From the NCBI GenBank assembly GCA_973895155.1, contig OZ316891.1, positions 19,245,048-19,309,047 of the forward strand: a stretch of 64,000 bases of DNA, written 5' to 3'. Shown here piece by piece: positions 1-13,000 of this stretch. Position numbers and translations under genes: made by a program. This DNA is from Marsupella aquatica. Lineage: Eukaryota > Plantae > Marchantiophyta. The notes below the pieces were generated by a model. The model searched no databases. It was not told the origin of the DNA and worked only from the letters and a program-made list of their open reading frames with translations. Each line of letters begins with the position of its first letter. Within the stretch, counting starts at the first letter, position 1.

Positions 1-2232
1 GTTTTCTTCTCCTTTTGCCAGTGTATTGTTGCCGGCCGTTTGCCTCCTCCCGTCTCTCGGCTTTTGAGTGCTTCTCATTTATTGGCCATGGCTAAGTCTT
101 CACCGGGTGTTCGGCCCATAGCTATTGGAGAGGTTTTTCTTCGTCTGGTGTCTCGCGCACTTTCATCGCAGTATCGCTCTGCACTATCGGATCATCTCTC
201 TCCACATCAGTTTGCAGTGGGCGTTCCTGGCGGTTGTGAGACAGTTATTGCGGGTATTCGTATTACCTTGGACCTCCACCCTGATTGGGTTGTCCTCCAG
301 GTTGATGTCTCCAATGCTTTCAATACGGTTTCTCGGGCAACAATTTTTCGTGCTTTGAGGGCAGCGGATCCAGACATCCAGTCCCTTATCCCCTTTGTCC
401 GTTGTTTTTATGGGTTCGAGGCCCCCCTCTTCTATAGTCATCACACCTCTACAGGAGCGTATACCACTCTTTCTTCTGCAGAAGATACACGTCAGGGTGA
501 CCCTTTGGGTGGGCCTCTTTTTGCCATTGCACATTTTACTGCTTTACGAGAAGCCTCCGCGGCCCACCCCCAGTGTATCTTCCCCTCCCTTTCAGATGAC
601 ACCCACATCATTGGTCCACCTGTTGCTGTTACTTCTGCCCTCGCCACCCTTTCCACCCATTTGTTGGGCCTCGGTTTACGAGTTCAGCCGGTGAAGAGTC
701 GTGCATGGAGTCCAGCTGGGTTACCCTCTGATCTTGCGCTTCCCCCTGGGTTCTTACGTCCTACCGACGGTCTTCGGGTCCTTGGCTCCCCAGTCGGTAC
801 CGCCTCCTTTTGCTCATCTTTCATTGCTGACGCTCTCCAGGCTGCCTTTGCCCCTACTCCTATGCTCCCTAAGTTAGCAGACTCTCAGGCAGCATTTGGG
901 TTGTTGTTGAGATGCATCCACCCTCGTGCGTCCTATTTGGCTCGGACACATCCCCCTACCGAGGATCTTTATCTACACCTCCGAGCGTTTGATGTCTCCA
1001 TTCGTGAGACTTTGGCCTCTCTTTTAGGGCCAGGTACTTTACTCTCATCTCCGTGGCTTCATCGACAGCTCAGTCTTCCTATTTCTCACGGTGGTTTTGG
1101 GCTTACTTCCACTGAGCGCCTTGCACCTTTGGCCTTCTTGGGCGCGTGGGCGGCCGCCTTCTCATTGTTGGCTGATCGTTTCCTTACTGAGGATCGAACT
1201 TTTTTACTTTCATCCCTCATGGAGGTCGAGGAGGGTTCCCTCCCATTTCAGGTTCATTTGCGCACGGCGCGGTCATCATTACCCGATCTTGTTCGAGCTG
1301 CGTTACCTTCATTCCAGGAGTTTTTATCCTTGGACCCCGTCCGTCTTCAGGCAGACCTTGCTGGGCGTATGCACGCTTTCACCCTTTCCAGCATCCTCAC
1401 CGAGGCACCTGACACGGACCGAGCTCGGATTCTTTCTTCCGGGGGGAAAGGGGCAGGAGGCTGGCTTCAGGCCAATCCAGTCATTCCTCACCTACGGATG
1501 TCTTCAGCGGAGTTTGCGACAGCCATGCGTCTTCGTATGGGCTTGCCCCACCCACTTCTTGCTGGTTTACCTCCTACTTGCAGTTGTGGGAAGCCTTGTG
1601 ATGCCACAGGTGTCCATCTTCTTCGATGCAGTTTGGGCGGCGAAACCATTTTTGTTCACGACGCTGTGAGAGATGCGACTGCTCAGGTTCTCTCTGGCTC
1701 TTTGGTCTGCGCGCGGCGGAAGGTGGTGCTCGAGTTACCTGGTCCTCCATCACAGCGGTTACGGGTGGATCTTACCATGGTCCGTGACGGTCACCGTACT
1801 TTGGCAGATGTAGTGGTGGCAAACCCATTGCGCCAAGACATCATTGGGACAGCGGCAACAACGGCAGGGGCAGCAGCATCACGAGCAGCAACAACGAAGG
1901 AGGCCAAATATGCTGCACGAGCTTCATCTGATAGCTTCTTGTCCCTTGCTCTTGAGATATTTGGGCGTCTCCATCATCAGTTCGACGGGCTTCTTCGCCA
2001 AGCTGCTCGGGATGTTCACGGCCGGATGGGTCCCACCGGGCCCCCGCTATCTGTTTTGACCACGCACTTTCGCCAACGCATTTCAGTCACCTTACAGCGT
2101 GCTCAAGCTCGGGCCGTCTATTGTCGATCTCTGACAGTGGGTGCTAGTGTGACTCCGCAGCGGCTAGCCCCCCTAGAGGACATTCCTGTCCCACTTGCCG
2201 ATCTAGTTTCGACACTTGATGTAGACCACTAG
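1..2232 (+). CDS. Reverse transcriptase plus CCHC/restriction-like endonuclease polyprotein (5'-partial)
   Basis: Frame is open from base 1. RT motifs RPIAIGE, QFAVG, VDVSNAFN, RQGDPLG, LSDD, LRVLGSPVG. C-terminal CSCG..HLLRC..HDAVRD, RVD..ADV, KEAKY, LALEIFG are typical of RLE elements. Confidence 0.9.
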   Translation, partial: VFFSFCQCIVAGRLPPPVSRLLSASHLLAMAKSSPGVRPIAIGEVFLRLVSRALSSQYRSALSDHLSPHQFAVGVPGGCETVIAGIRITLDLHPDWVVLQVDVSNAFNTVSRATIFRALRAADPDIQSLIPFVRCFYGFEAPLFYSHHTSTGAYTTLSSAEDTRQGDPLGGPLFAIAHFTALREASAAHPQCIFPSLSDDTHIIGPPVAVTSALATLSTHLLGLGLRVQPVKSRAWSPAGLPSDLALPPGFLRPTDGLRVLGSPVGTASFCSSFIADALQAAFAPTPMLPKLADSQAAFGLLLRCIHPRASYLARTHPPTEDLYLHLRAFDVSIRETLASLLGPGTLLSSPWLHRQLSLPISHGGFGLTSTERLAPLAFLGAWAAAFSLLADRFLTEDRTFLLSSLMEVEEGSLPFQVHLRTARSSLPDLVRAALPSFQEFLSLDPVRLQADLAGRMHAFTLSSILTEAPDTDRARILSSGGKGAGGWLQANPVIPHLRMSSAEFATAMRLRMGLPHPLLAGLPPTCSCGKPCDATGVHLLRCSLGGETIFVHDAVRDATAQVLSGSLVCARRKVVLELPGPPSQRLRVDLTMVRDGHRTLADVVVANPLRQDIIGTAATTAGAAASRAATTKEAKYAARASSDSFLSLALEIFGRLHHQFDGLLRQAARDVHGRMGPTGPPLSVLTTHFRQRISVTLQRAQARAVYCRSLTVGASVTPQRLAPLEDIPVPLADLVSTLDVDH

Positions 2233-2468
2233 CTTGTTGCCACATGTGCTAGGTATGATGAGGACCTCGGTCCATTTGCGGTAGTTTTAGTTACTCTTTC
2301 TTGGTTTTTAGGGGTTTCTTTTTGCTCACTTCTTTTAGTTCCTCTTTCTTGGTTTTTAGGGTTTCCTTTTGCTCACTTCTTTTGCGTTTGGTTTTGTCCA
2401 CTTGGGACCTCTCTTGTTTATTCTTTGTACTCTATTTGGCCTTTTTCTGTATAAAGTATGTGTATATT
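1..2468 (+). mobile_element. CRE-like (RLE-clade) non-LTR retrotransposon, copy 1, 5' part beyond window edge
   Basis: RT-RLE ORF followed by a ~235-bp 3' UTR with an internal tandem duplication. Similarity to inverted copy 2 ends at ...GTATGTGTATATT (2468). Confidence 0.85.
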
Positions 2469-2504
2469 TTTTTATTGAAGCTAGTCACTGAAAGTTAGGC
2501 CTAT

Positions 2505-2943
2505 TTGAGTTTCATTCAAAGAATGGGCACTCACGCAGTGATTTTACACGTGAATCGCTACACTTTGAGATGTAGGCCCAGCCTCAAGGGTCTCACTATA
2601 TGGGGACCTCCCCATCACCTGCAACGTTTTTAGGCCTCGGACCCCCTAAAATGTAAGAAAAAATATTTATTTTTTAACCCCTATAAAGTTGGAATATTTT
2701 TGGAATATTCCAAAAATTGGATTAAAAAGGCCCTAATGTTCTTATAAGTCTCAAAATTGAATTTAAAAGACCCTATTGTTCTTCTACAAAAATTCTTAAG
2801 TCTTCCTTTACAACCAATAAAATGACCCTATCCTTCGTCGCACGTGATATGCCATTTTTGTGGAAGTGAAACCCCCGAGGGCCCAGCAATTGGTTCAACT
2901 AGCTCAACTAGCCTGAGTGCCCAGTCTTTGAAGGAAAATCAAA
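2505..2943. mobile_element. Possible MITE-like element with ~30-bp imperfect terminal inverted repeats
   Basis: TTTGAGTTTCATTCAAAGAATGGGCACTCA (2505-) is an inverted match to TGAGTGCCCAGTCTTTGAAGGAAAATCAAA (-2943). No clear TSD. Confidence 0.35.
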
Positions 2944-4499
2944 GAAGCTAGTCATTGAAAGTAGTCTCTGGCACCCAGGCTAGTCAGTGAAACTACAGGC
3001 CCAACACTTTTGTCTTATTAGCTCCACAGTTTGGGATGTAGGCCCAGCAGTTAGTTCGCCCCTACTTGTTAATAAGTTCAACTAGTCTGAGTGCCCATTC
3101 TTTTGAACACATATTGGGGTGAAGTGACTCCATTCTCAAAGATTCACCCTGCCCCCACTTCGATCAATTACGCCCAAAAGTCAGGGCCTGGAGGCTTTAG
3201 TCTAGATGGTAGGCCCTCAAGAGAAGCTTTGGATTGGAATATATAGTCAGACTAGCGAGATCCTGTGCATTGCACACAAGATGTGGAGGCAAGAAAAAGA
3301 AATGCAGGTGAGGCATTTACTGTATACGTTGTTGTGCACATGCTGTTGTCCTGGCTGTGTTGTCAGCACAAGCATGATGCCATCTATTTTCCAATAAAAA
3401 AAAAAAACCATATTATACTTTCCTGTCCGGCAAAACTAGTCAAAATTACCAACTGGCTCCCAAACCTTGTTTCATTATCAGGTTGGGCCCCATTTTGTAT
3501 GTGTAGTGGCCGGCTTAACCAAACTAGACAAACCCACAATTGGTGTACCCACATGTAGAGGCTCATGTTTTGTCTGGGAATTTACCCAAGCTAACCCCTC
3601 CAGCTATAAAAGTGGGGCAAATGAGGGTACCAAAATGTGATAGTTTTCTGATAGTTTTTGCGCATAAAAAGTAGTCAAGGTAAAGACATAGCATATATAA
3701 GTAACCTTTGCTCATATACAGTAGTCAAGCTAAAGACACAGACTAAGTAATCTTTGTCGCATAGCAATGTCATGGGTAAGCTAATTTATTACACTGCTAG
3801 GCCACAATAGTAAAAGAGGTCTTTCTCTCACTAAACTAAGAATGGCCACAATAGTTGCGAAAGTAGCCTTCCTTGTTAATTAGACCGTTTCTATTTTGTT
3901 TGAGGTTGTTCCAATCGTCCCAATTGCTTTTCATAGAACCCATTGTGATTGTGAAAGTTTGATTGAGGTCCATGTCTGTTACGGGAAAAAAGTTGCAATG
4001 CAATAGTTTGGGTTAAAAAGATGCTGAGGTCCTCTCTATTGACTACAAAGGCAATTTATTGAAGCATATGTTTTTTTAATGTTAAACACTGATTTATCGG
4101 TGTACGGAAATTAAATTTGAAAGTACTTAGTGATACTAAAATTGTCAAGTGATTTGTGGTAATTTGTCAAAACCTGAAGAGTAGCTAGAAGACTACAATT
4201 CAGTTGGTTTTTAACCCCTACTGCCTTTTGTTGTTCGGAAAGTAATTTAGTAACTTTTGCCCGAGTCGAGGTCGACCGCGCCCCCACCTCGGTGCTGCGG
4301 CTGCCCCGACCGCCCCCACCGCGTTGCCGTGGCTACTCCGACCGCCCCCATGCGCAGGCTAGGCAATGTCCAAGCCCGCATCGCCTTGCTGTGCGCTGCC
4401 TTCCATCGCCAGCGCCATCCGTGGAGGTCGAGAACAAAACGCCTTCCATCGCCAACCTGCTTTGCATCGAGGGTGGAGGCAAGGTCGAAGTTCTTCTAG

Positions 4500-5480
4500 T
4501 GCAGCCCAGCTGAAGTACTTGTAAAGTCGACATTTCAGCAGTCATGGCCCTCTCCTTGCACACTCCACCTCTTGCATGGAAATCTAGGCTCTGGGCTTCT
4601 CGGAGGAGCGACATCTCTCTCGTCTGATCAGCGACTCACCACTGTCGCTGTTTGATTTCAAGTGAGAAGTCACGATGGCTGGGATGGTAGAGGAATAAGT
4701 CTCTCGAAATTCTTTTGTAGAATACAATGGAGACACATATATAGTCATGATGTCGCTTGTGTGCTTTTGTGCATGCACTCATTCATGGAATTAAGGCATC
4801 CTGCCAATCTCCACACCGCACTTCCACTCTGGCTCAAACTAATGGGACCAAGGACCGATGCATTCCATTCCATCACTAATTTGAACTTTTGTATCAGACG
4901 ATACATCATAGGCAGTCAGGTGATAGGGATGCTCCTCAACTTTCCTAAGGAATGCCATGAGGTTCGGAGGAAAAGGTGGTACAGACAGACTCAACAAGCT
5001 TGCAATTCTCATAGTAGAAGTGCATCATGTAATCCCAGGTAAGATTGCTTGGAAATAACCTCTTGTACGTGTTGTGGCTTCAAATCTCTGTCGAGACTTT
5101 CAGCCTTTTGTTGGCTGATCTCATGCCCTCACCTGAGTAAGTCACAAAAAAAACACATCACCACGTGCATTCAGTATTTAGTGAGAAAGTCAATGCAGTA
5201 GTCATTGAATCCAAAAGTCTGCTCATACCTTTTACCTGGAATATGTATGCACGAGAGTAATGAAGACCGTGTGCTGCTTTATTGATCTAGTCTTTGATGC
5301 GTTCAGGTCTTATGTCGCAGAGGTCGCAGGCATTAGTGGTTGAAAGAGCTTCATTGCATCTTTCCTGGACTTCACCCAGACAGTCCCCCAAGATGCGAAG
5401 TGCAAAAGGCATGGTGGCCTCTAGGAAAGAACTCGTCCACCCACTCCACCATGCCCTTTTCCCTGGTTGTGACGTCTCTG
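4500..5480 (-). pseudogene. Degenerate Mutator-like (MULE) transposase remnant
   Basis: Minus-strand translation REKGMVEWVDEFFPRGHHAFCTSHL (~5460-5390) matches the MULE D-R-x-K-G-L...F-P-x-A-x-H-x2-C-x2-H-L motif. Downstream VSPLYSTKEFRETYSSTIP resembles the post-SWIM region. Many stops. Confidence 0.55.
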
Positions 5481-6091
5481 GAATTGCTTTAAATATTAAT
5501 CGCAGGAAGGGATGCCATTGGTAGGGGTGCCATTGTTCTGGATCCTCAGTGGGTACAATGTCATATCAATCATCAAGATACTGTTCTTTGTATTGAATGG
5601 CAGGAGCAATACGCAGGATCCGGTGGGTAAGTGGAGCTGCTATGAGTTCCGTCTGATGCCACCAATGACCTACACTGAATATGAACTAAGGCTCTCTTGC
5701 ATGAAAAACTAAGAGGGCTTTACAAGAATTTGGCGGCAGTTTTTTCATTCTATTCAATCTTAGCCATCAAATGCGGGAACAGGCCAGACTTCAGTTCACT
5801 TGAACTTGGGGGCACAATTAGGCAAAACCATGAATTTGCCACTTCACAGACTGAAGAAGTGACGAGACGATTCCGCGACAAGTTTGGCAAACGGCTAATC
5901 TCAGAAAAGTAATGTTCGTTTTCGACCAAAAGAAGCAAACGATGACACAGCATCACTGGTTCAAGACTTGTGAGCAAAGATAATCTCAGAACAGAACATC
6001 ATTCGCATGTTCAACACCTGCATTATACTTTTCCTACAGCAATGATGGGCGATCTTTTTTTGCACATAAAACAGTACTCCGTATGACGATA

Positions 6092-6306
6092 GCCTAACCT
6101 AGGGATAGAGGGGAGGATTTCTTTTGCACCTTTGATCTGTAGAGATCCATGCACAGTACATGAATTTTCTATATATAATCATTCGATTGGGAAAGGTACA
6201 TGTGCGCTAATCTAGGGAGAGAGGGAGGTTTCTCTTGCACCTTTTCTAATGATCCACGTGCAGTACATGAAAGCTGTATATAATTATTCGATTGGAAAGA
6301 GGTACA
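6092..6306. repeat. Diverged tandem duplication, ~110-bp unit x2
   Basis: CTAACCTAGGGA..TTGCACCTTT..GATCCA..CAGTACATGAA..ATTCGATTGG..GGTACA occurs twice. Confidence 0.6.
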
Positions 6307-9279
6307 CTGACATAGAAAATCTATTGCAGGCAACATTGTCCAAAAGGTGAAGGGAGAGACGCACTAATAAAGCAACCTGATCATTCCGTCTCCGCTAAGG
6401 TAGGGTTTCGTGAGAGATATGCTTACTAATCCCCTTCTGGAAAAAGTTTGCTTAATCAACCTTTCCATACTTTTCTCCAACCTGGACCGTTGATGGACCT
6501 TTTGATCTCAGATCTGGACCGTTGATAGACCGCAGGGGGTCGATCCAGTGACAAGTTTCATTTTGGGGGTCGATCAAGCAAATACCTCAGGGCTTCGATC
6601 ACTCTCCTCTGATGGATGGACGATTGAGGTCGGTGCAGATGTGTACCCAAAAAAAAGTTAGAGTAAAGGCTTGATAGCAGGTCAGACATGATACTTTACA
6701 AGAGTAGTTTTTAAGATAGTTCAAATGTCACGAAGAGTAGCTCATGCCACCTTGTGGGAAAGAGAAGATGTCAAGAATAGTTTTTGTCTAATTGTTGCCT
6801 ACTAATTTTCTGACCCTTAGATCTCCCTAGTTTTACTGTCAGATTCTGGCTATTGGGGTGTGTCAGGTGGGAACCTGGCCTAACGGAAGAAAACAAATGA
6901 TTTCTGCCAAAACGGCTAACACTTTTCAGAGAGGTGGAATCACAACTAAGAAACACGGTTCTTACATTCCAAGTCATGAGGAAACTAGGCTACCTTTGCA
7001 ACAGCATCTAAATTACAATTAGCAACCAAAGTCTATATTTATGACTTCCTCTATAGGTCATAATTTATTTGGTAATATAAAATTGTGATATTTAGATTGT
7101 ACTTGTGAGTAGAGATGGGTATGGGGAGTTTGGGTTGGGTAGAGTACTATATGCACGGTGTTCGGTCTAGTGATAGTTAACAAGTCAATGAGAGTGGTTA
7201 TGGAATCTGACTCACGGTGGCTTTACAAGAAGTGGGGTTAATCGTGACTTTTATTTCACCAAAGAAAACTGGAGGGTCACTTATTGATCTAAAGACAGAC
7301 TCTTGACCCCAAATCTTCTGAAATGAAGTTTAATAATTTCAAATCGGTTGATTGAAGGAGCCAAAGTTTGGAAAAGGATGGACCACTTGAGGAGGCATCT
7401 AAAATTCTAGACAAACTAAGCACTCTGCATCATTATTACTTGGGCCCACTGCTTCCCATGTAGTGTGGACACCATACCTTAATGGGCCCCAAGTTCTTGT
7501 AAAGCCAACTACAATAAGTTCCATTCATTATACTCTCTAGATTTAATCCAAGCCAGAATAAAAAGAATCCCAAAGTCTTGTAAAGCCACCTTCACTACTC
7601 AGATGATTGTGTTCCTACATGTAGCTCATTTTTATTTTTTACAATTGTTTTAATTGAAGGTCAAAGGGAAACCCCCAGCTAAGCTAGTATTCTTTCTCCA
7701 TTCACAAGGGAGAAGATGCTCCTAAGAGGATGCACAACAGCTAAGCAGCAGCTATTGTACTTTCTTGTTCACAAGAGAGAAGGTGTTCCTAAGAGGATAT
7801 TTGATTTATTTTTAATTCTTTTTTTTTTAAAAGGCGTTCCTAAGAGGATGCAATTGAATAGACGTTCTCGAACTTTCCTCCAACTCCAGGACGACCAATT
7901 TAGTGTGCTGACCCATTTTTATTTATTTTAAAGGGGAATTTGTTTTCGAAAGGGGAGGCAGCCTTGGAGCAGGCTGCAGGAAATTAAAGCCTGGTGGACC
8001 TCCACGGTTGTCAATAGACACAGATAGATTGTTGCAACCCAGATGGACTGAGTGAAACCCTCTTTCTGCCCCTATAGTACAGAATCACACAGAAGATTGA
8101 TATGTGGCAAGAACTCGAGGCAATCTTTAAAATTTGTATGCCCCACAATTTGCAATGAGTGATTTGTAAGAATTCATAACTCTCTCAATTCTTCATGAAA
8201 TCTAAAGATATTACACCGTTTGGGAAGATTTGCCAAAACAGTTTCTAACTATCCCAAGATGAGCCAATTCTGCTTGATGGAAAGTGCAGATATTGAAGGC
8301 AAACTTTGATGTTGAAAACATTATGGAAGCAAGGAGGGTGTCAATGAGTTTAAGTGTCAAATGTGTCACTCACCATGGGGGTTGCATGGTGCACAGGCTC
8401 TGTCCATGGGAGAATCACTTTTCAAGCTGCAGCGAAAATCATTGGTTTACATTTTTCACATTTTCAAATAATTCCTACAATTACCACAAGCTCCTGTGGT
8501 GCATAATACATTTGACAAGGCCCAAGCCAAAGAACCCACACATTTTGACCCACCCAAAGTGGGTTGGTGCAGAACACATTTACATGCAGGAGCAAAATCT
8601 GGACCCAAGTTCTCTAGGCAGGGATTCAACCTGCCTACCTTCTGGTCACAAGTCACCCCTGTGCTATCTCCTGGTGGAGGAAGACTCACAACATTCATCG
8701 ACCAATTTCATCGACCATTGATCGGACACATCGCTGTCTAATTGACAGTTTGGTTCTCTAATGGACAAGATTTGTTGGGAAAACCAAAAGTGGATAACCT
8801 TTTAGAAAGAAAATTTTGGTTCTCTAATCGACGAGATTTGTTGGGGAAACTGGCACCAAAAGTGGAAAACCTTTTAGAACGCCTAGTTCATTCGTCACAT
8901 GTTTGCTACTGTCCATTAAGAGTGAATCGATTCAAGTTAAAATGAATTGCATTTGTATCCCTGGATTGGTCAAATCTCTGAGTAGAGTATACTGTCCCCT
9001 CAATCTAGACCATAGGAACTCCAATAATCAAGCATGTCTCTATTTTTGAGCTATTAACTTATGGTCCTTTGCCTGTAGAATTTGTCCTGTCGACGAATTT
9101 ACAGACTTCATGCCACACGCGAGTCGGCAACTATTGTAAGTATACTGTACAACTGAATTCTAGCCATTTACATGATTGTATGGATTTTAATGGGGTATCC
9201 TGTTCACGCGATCATTACTTGAAGTGTTCTAAGCAGCTCTAATTCTCAAGTATACACCTGAGGCTTTAGCAGAATTAAT

Positions 9280-10088
9280 GAATTGCAGCCAGGCTGTTCG
9301 AATTGGTGACTATCATCATTTCCTTCGAGATCTCCACTTGATCTCTGGGCGCATTCAAGCTAACAAGCTCATAGGTATGAACAGATCCTGAGTTTCATGG
9401 GCCTGCGTATGGACGTCACTCACAATTCACATTCTGCGAGCACACTTTCTAACACACAGTTGTTTGGACTGTCGCAAGGGTTGCTAGCGAGAACTCGGAC
9501 TTGCTGGAGGATCTTTTTCGGCAATGGAGTATTCATCATGGAGTATTCAGCATGTGAAATAGTAGTAGCTAGGGTTCGCTCGTTTGCAGTGTAAGGTAAG
9601 TCGACGAGGAAGAGGATTGCAGAACTTTTACCAGTTTTGTACGCATTATTTGAAGGTGGCCAACAATTCAACATCGCCATCGCCTTTTATCTTGGTATTG
9701 CATGGATTCGTTTTCCTCGTCCACGTGAGTAAAATCTGGCAGCAGGTGCAAGATGGTGTGGCAACACCTGAGCCCTGTCTCTCTCAACTCCATTGGCTTT
9801 CATGGCATAAAATCTGGACGCCGTTAGTGGCGCTGAGTGTGCACAACCAGCACGAATGCGAGCATCAAAGACATCTTTGCTTCTCACTGCTTGCTGCCAA
9901 CAAGTACTTAGGGACGCGAGCAGGTACAAGTATCTGCCTGGCAATTTTGTAAGAACTTTGTTGATTGTTATATCATTGGGCAAGCCGGGAAGAAGACATT
10001 CTTTATTGTAGTCTCCCCACCATTGCTGCCACTGCAGCATTTCGGGCCTGCTACTTTCCTGGCGGTGCATTGCAGCTCTAGGAGTCAT
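9280..10088 (-). pseudogene. F-box protein gene (F-box/kelch-type N-terminus), apparently frameshifted/decayed
   Basis: LLPGLPNDITINKVLTKLPGRYLYLLASLSTCWQQAVRS is an F-box motif. The reading frame breaks shortly after and the 3' boundary is approximate. Confidence 0.55.
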
Positions 10089-13000
10089 TTCTGTCACAAG
10101 GAAGTCCCTCTAGCTTTCAATCAATGCGCAGGTTCGAGCAATTTTCTTTCAGCATTCCTCATGTTTTGCCTTCGGCATCGAAATAAGACACTGGGTTATG
10201 TCAATCTGCAACCATTGGCAACAAAGATCAGCTCAATTGTAAGACGATGTTTCCACCTTCGCATAGAAGAAACTTGGCCAGTAAACTAGCTCAAACTCCA
10301 AGGTGTCGTGCTTGTTAAACTTTCTTCTCAAGAAAAGAAAGCTCCGTCCAATAGCGATACTGGCCCTCATACATATCAGAGGGTTCCACTGCCTATGCCA
10401 TCAAAGACCGAGTAGAAAATTTCAATGTCCATACACACATAATGTCTTGTTAATTTCAATCCGAAAGGATTTATATCATATGTAGGCTTGCTTCAGCATA
10501 CACCGAAGGCTCTTCAAGGCACTCCATTTGCAAATGTGAAGTAATTAAAACTGAAATAAGAAACCCCTCCTGTCAGGCTTTTCGGGAAACATATGTTCTA
10601 TGAAGTACTTTCCAAATGCCGTAGAATTCTTCAATTTGCGAGTTGAGAATTCACTTGTCAAGACCAAAGTTCATAGGAAACCAATGTGTGAGTGAGCTTG
10701 AGCTAAGATATTGAAGAGTATTCTAAAAGTACTTAAGTGTACTCATGAATTACTGTCATTCCGGGACTAGGGTTAGGGCTTTGCTCATATGGTGCGTTTC
10801 CTGCCAGACATATCCTTCCAGACAAGGCTTTGTGACGACAGAGAGACGAGAGGGATCATCATCATTTCTCTTCTAGTCTACTGTTAATAGTGTTCAGGTA
10901 TAGGATTGGAAAAAGCTTCAACGAGAGCGCTCGGTATAACCGAAGGCGACACTACGACGTCACTTCTGGCACGTTCTTGATCTAACAAGATACTCGACAT
11001 TGGGTCTCGTGAATAAGTTTTGACAGTGTTCTCGAATGAATCGATCCTTACGTCATGACAGTTTCGTTCATTGAGTATCGAACGATGTTCAGAGCAATAG
11101 CATAAAGGAAATCAGAGACAACCCAATTGAGAGGCTTCAGTCCAATTCTCCATATCTACTCTCCCCTATCTAGACTTCTCTTCTGTCCCCGCTTGTCCCT
11201 AAGTCGACCCTGTATTTTCATTTGAACCCTGTTTTGTTTTTCTCTCTAATAATAGCATCCGGTTGTTTCATTCAGTTTTACTTCCAATTGGATTATCGTT
11301 GCTGCTGCTTCAATGCTTCTTCAATGCGTAATTCAATGCTAGACAGATTTTGAAAGCGCTGATCTCAGAGTCTCTCTGAAGCTTCACTTGACCAGAAGAT
11401 GGCTTTGGCAAAAGCATCGACTATAGGAAAAAGAGCAATTAGATCACCTACCTGGCTTCATTGTTACTTTCCTCGATGGGAACTTCTGAAAATTGGAACG
11501 ACAGATTTCATTTTGGATATGGCGACTTTCTCAACAAAATGAGCTACAGAGATCTATCCTCCCTTGACTAACGAGTTGAAGTTATGAATGCTGCTTCATC
11601 ACTGAAAGTCTTGGTACAGAGAGCCATCATTGAGAGTTGTAGGAATGAAATTCACTCCTATACTATCCGTCACCCAAAATCAAACCTTTCTAAAGCTCTA
11701 CACAAAAGAGTTAGATTGAATTCATCCTCCTGCGTTTCTTGTGATAAGATCCAGTCAGTGCCGCGACAAGAATCCACACACGACTATCATATCGTCGCCA
11801 ATTCCCACTCTGACCCCAAAGAAAGACAATAATTCAACCCCTCAGAAGCTAAAACTATGTGAAAGAGGTTGAGACCAATCAGGCTAGAGAACGGATTGGT
11901 GAAAATGACATTCTAACGAATAGCCATCCTCACCAATCCGTTGGGATAACTATGAGTCGAATGATCTCGATTGGGGAATAATTGTCCCAAAAATTGGAAA
12001 GCAAAGAATGTTCGGCATTCGGGAAGGGGTAAACTTAAAAACAGCGCAGTACTCGACGATATATACACTACAAAGAAATTTGAGGGGAAGATGAAAACGT
12101 GAGCGGTAATGGACGAAACTCACTATGTATTGAACAAAACTCGTGCAGAACAGATGCCAGATTTTCACCCCAAAAGTTTGCACAGTAGAAAGATGTTCAC
12201 TACGTCAATTACTCAATGTGGCCAGTTGTGGCTATCGTTTGTTGGTACTTGACCACATGCGCGTTAGACTTTCTAACCAATTTGTTTTGGTAAGAGTAAA
12301 ATTCGAAGCCTTCTCTTCGATGAGATAGACGAGAATGACGTAGACGGGACGAGCGACAAGCTCCTCATAAATGGCAAGGATTTGCATACCCGGCCGAATG
12401 AACTGGTCAAGAGAAAGAAAGATTCTACCGCTCTCAGACCGCTTCTTAAAAACCTGACTCGGATTCGCAGAAGACAGCGTTTAAAAAAAAACATCGCTTA
12501 GATGACTCTCAATTGTCGAGAAGCTGAAAGCGCATATTGGGAATGAGAGTAAAATTTACGTTTCCATCAGAGCGATTCTTCTGAAAACGAAGGGTGCACG
12601 CAAACTGAACTAATAAAGCCGAGAAGTCAGACGCAAGGCTTGAAATTCTCCAGCAAACCCCGCAGAAAACCCGTTTCCTGATAGTAGCCGACTCTCTACA
12701 GAAGAATTGAGAAGAAACTCACGAATCATGAAGGTGAAGCACCTAAAATTGGATAATTACTCCGAATATTATCTCCACTACCTGCTTGCGCTATGGACTC
12801 CATCCACGGCAGCGTCGCAATGAAACCGAAGATATATCTCCAAAATCCATCCTGGCTAACGCCGCAGTAAGCAAACAACGAGAAGGCTCCCTGCAGGGTT
12901 TATAATGCTCTGTTGGCTCTCTAGGGTCTCGCTAGAGGCAAAACGAAAGATCTCGTTACACAGTTGGGAAGCAAGTTCCAATTAAGCAATTCTTCTGACA

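Noticed and set aside
7209-7590. CTTGTAAAGCCA motif repeated here and at ~37730-37772
   Set aside because: Likely an old dispersed repeat with no definable termini or ORF.
8284-8945. Overlapping ORFs and a ~65-bp duplication
   Set aside because: No recognisable domain; probably TE debris.
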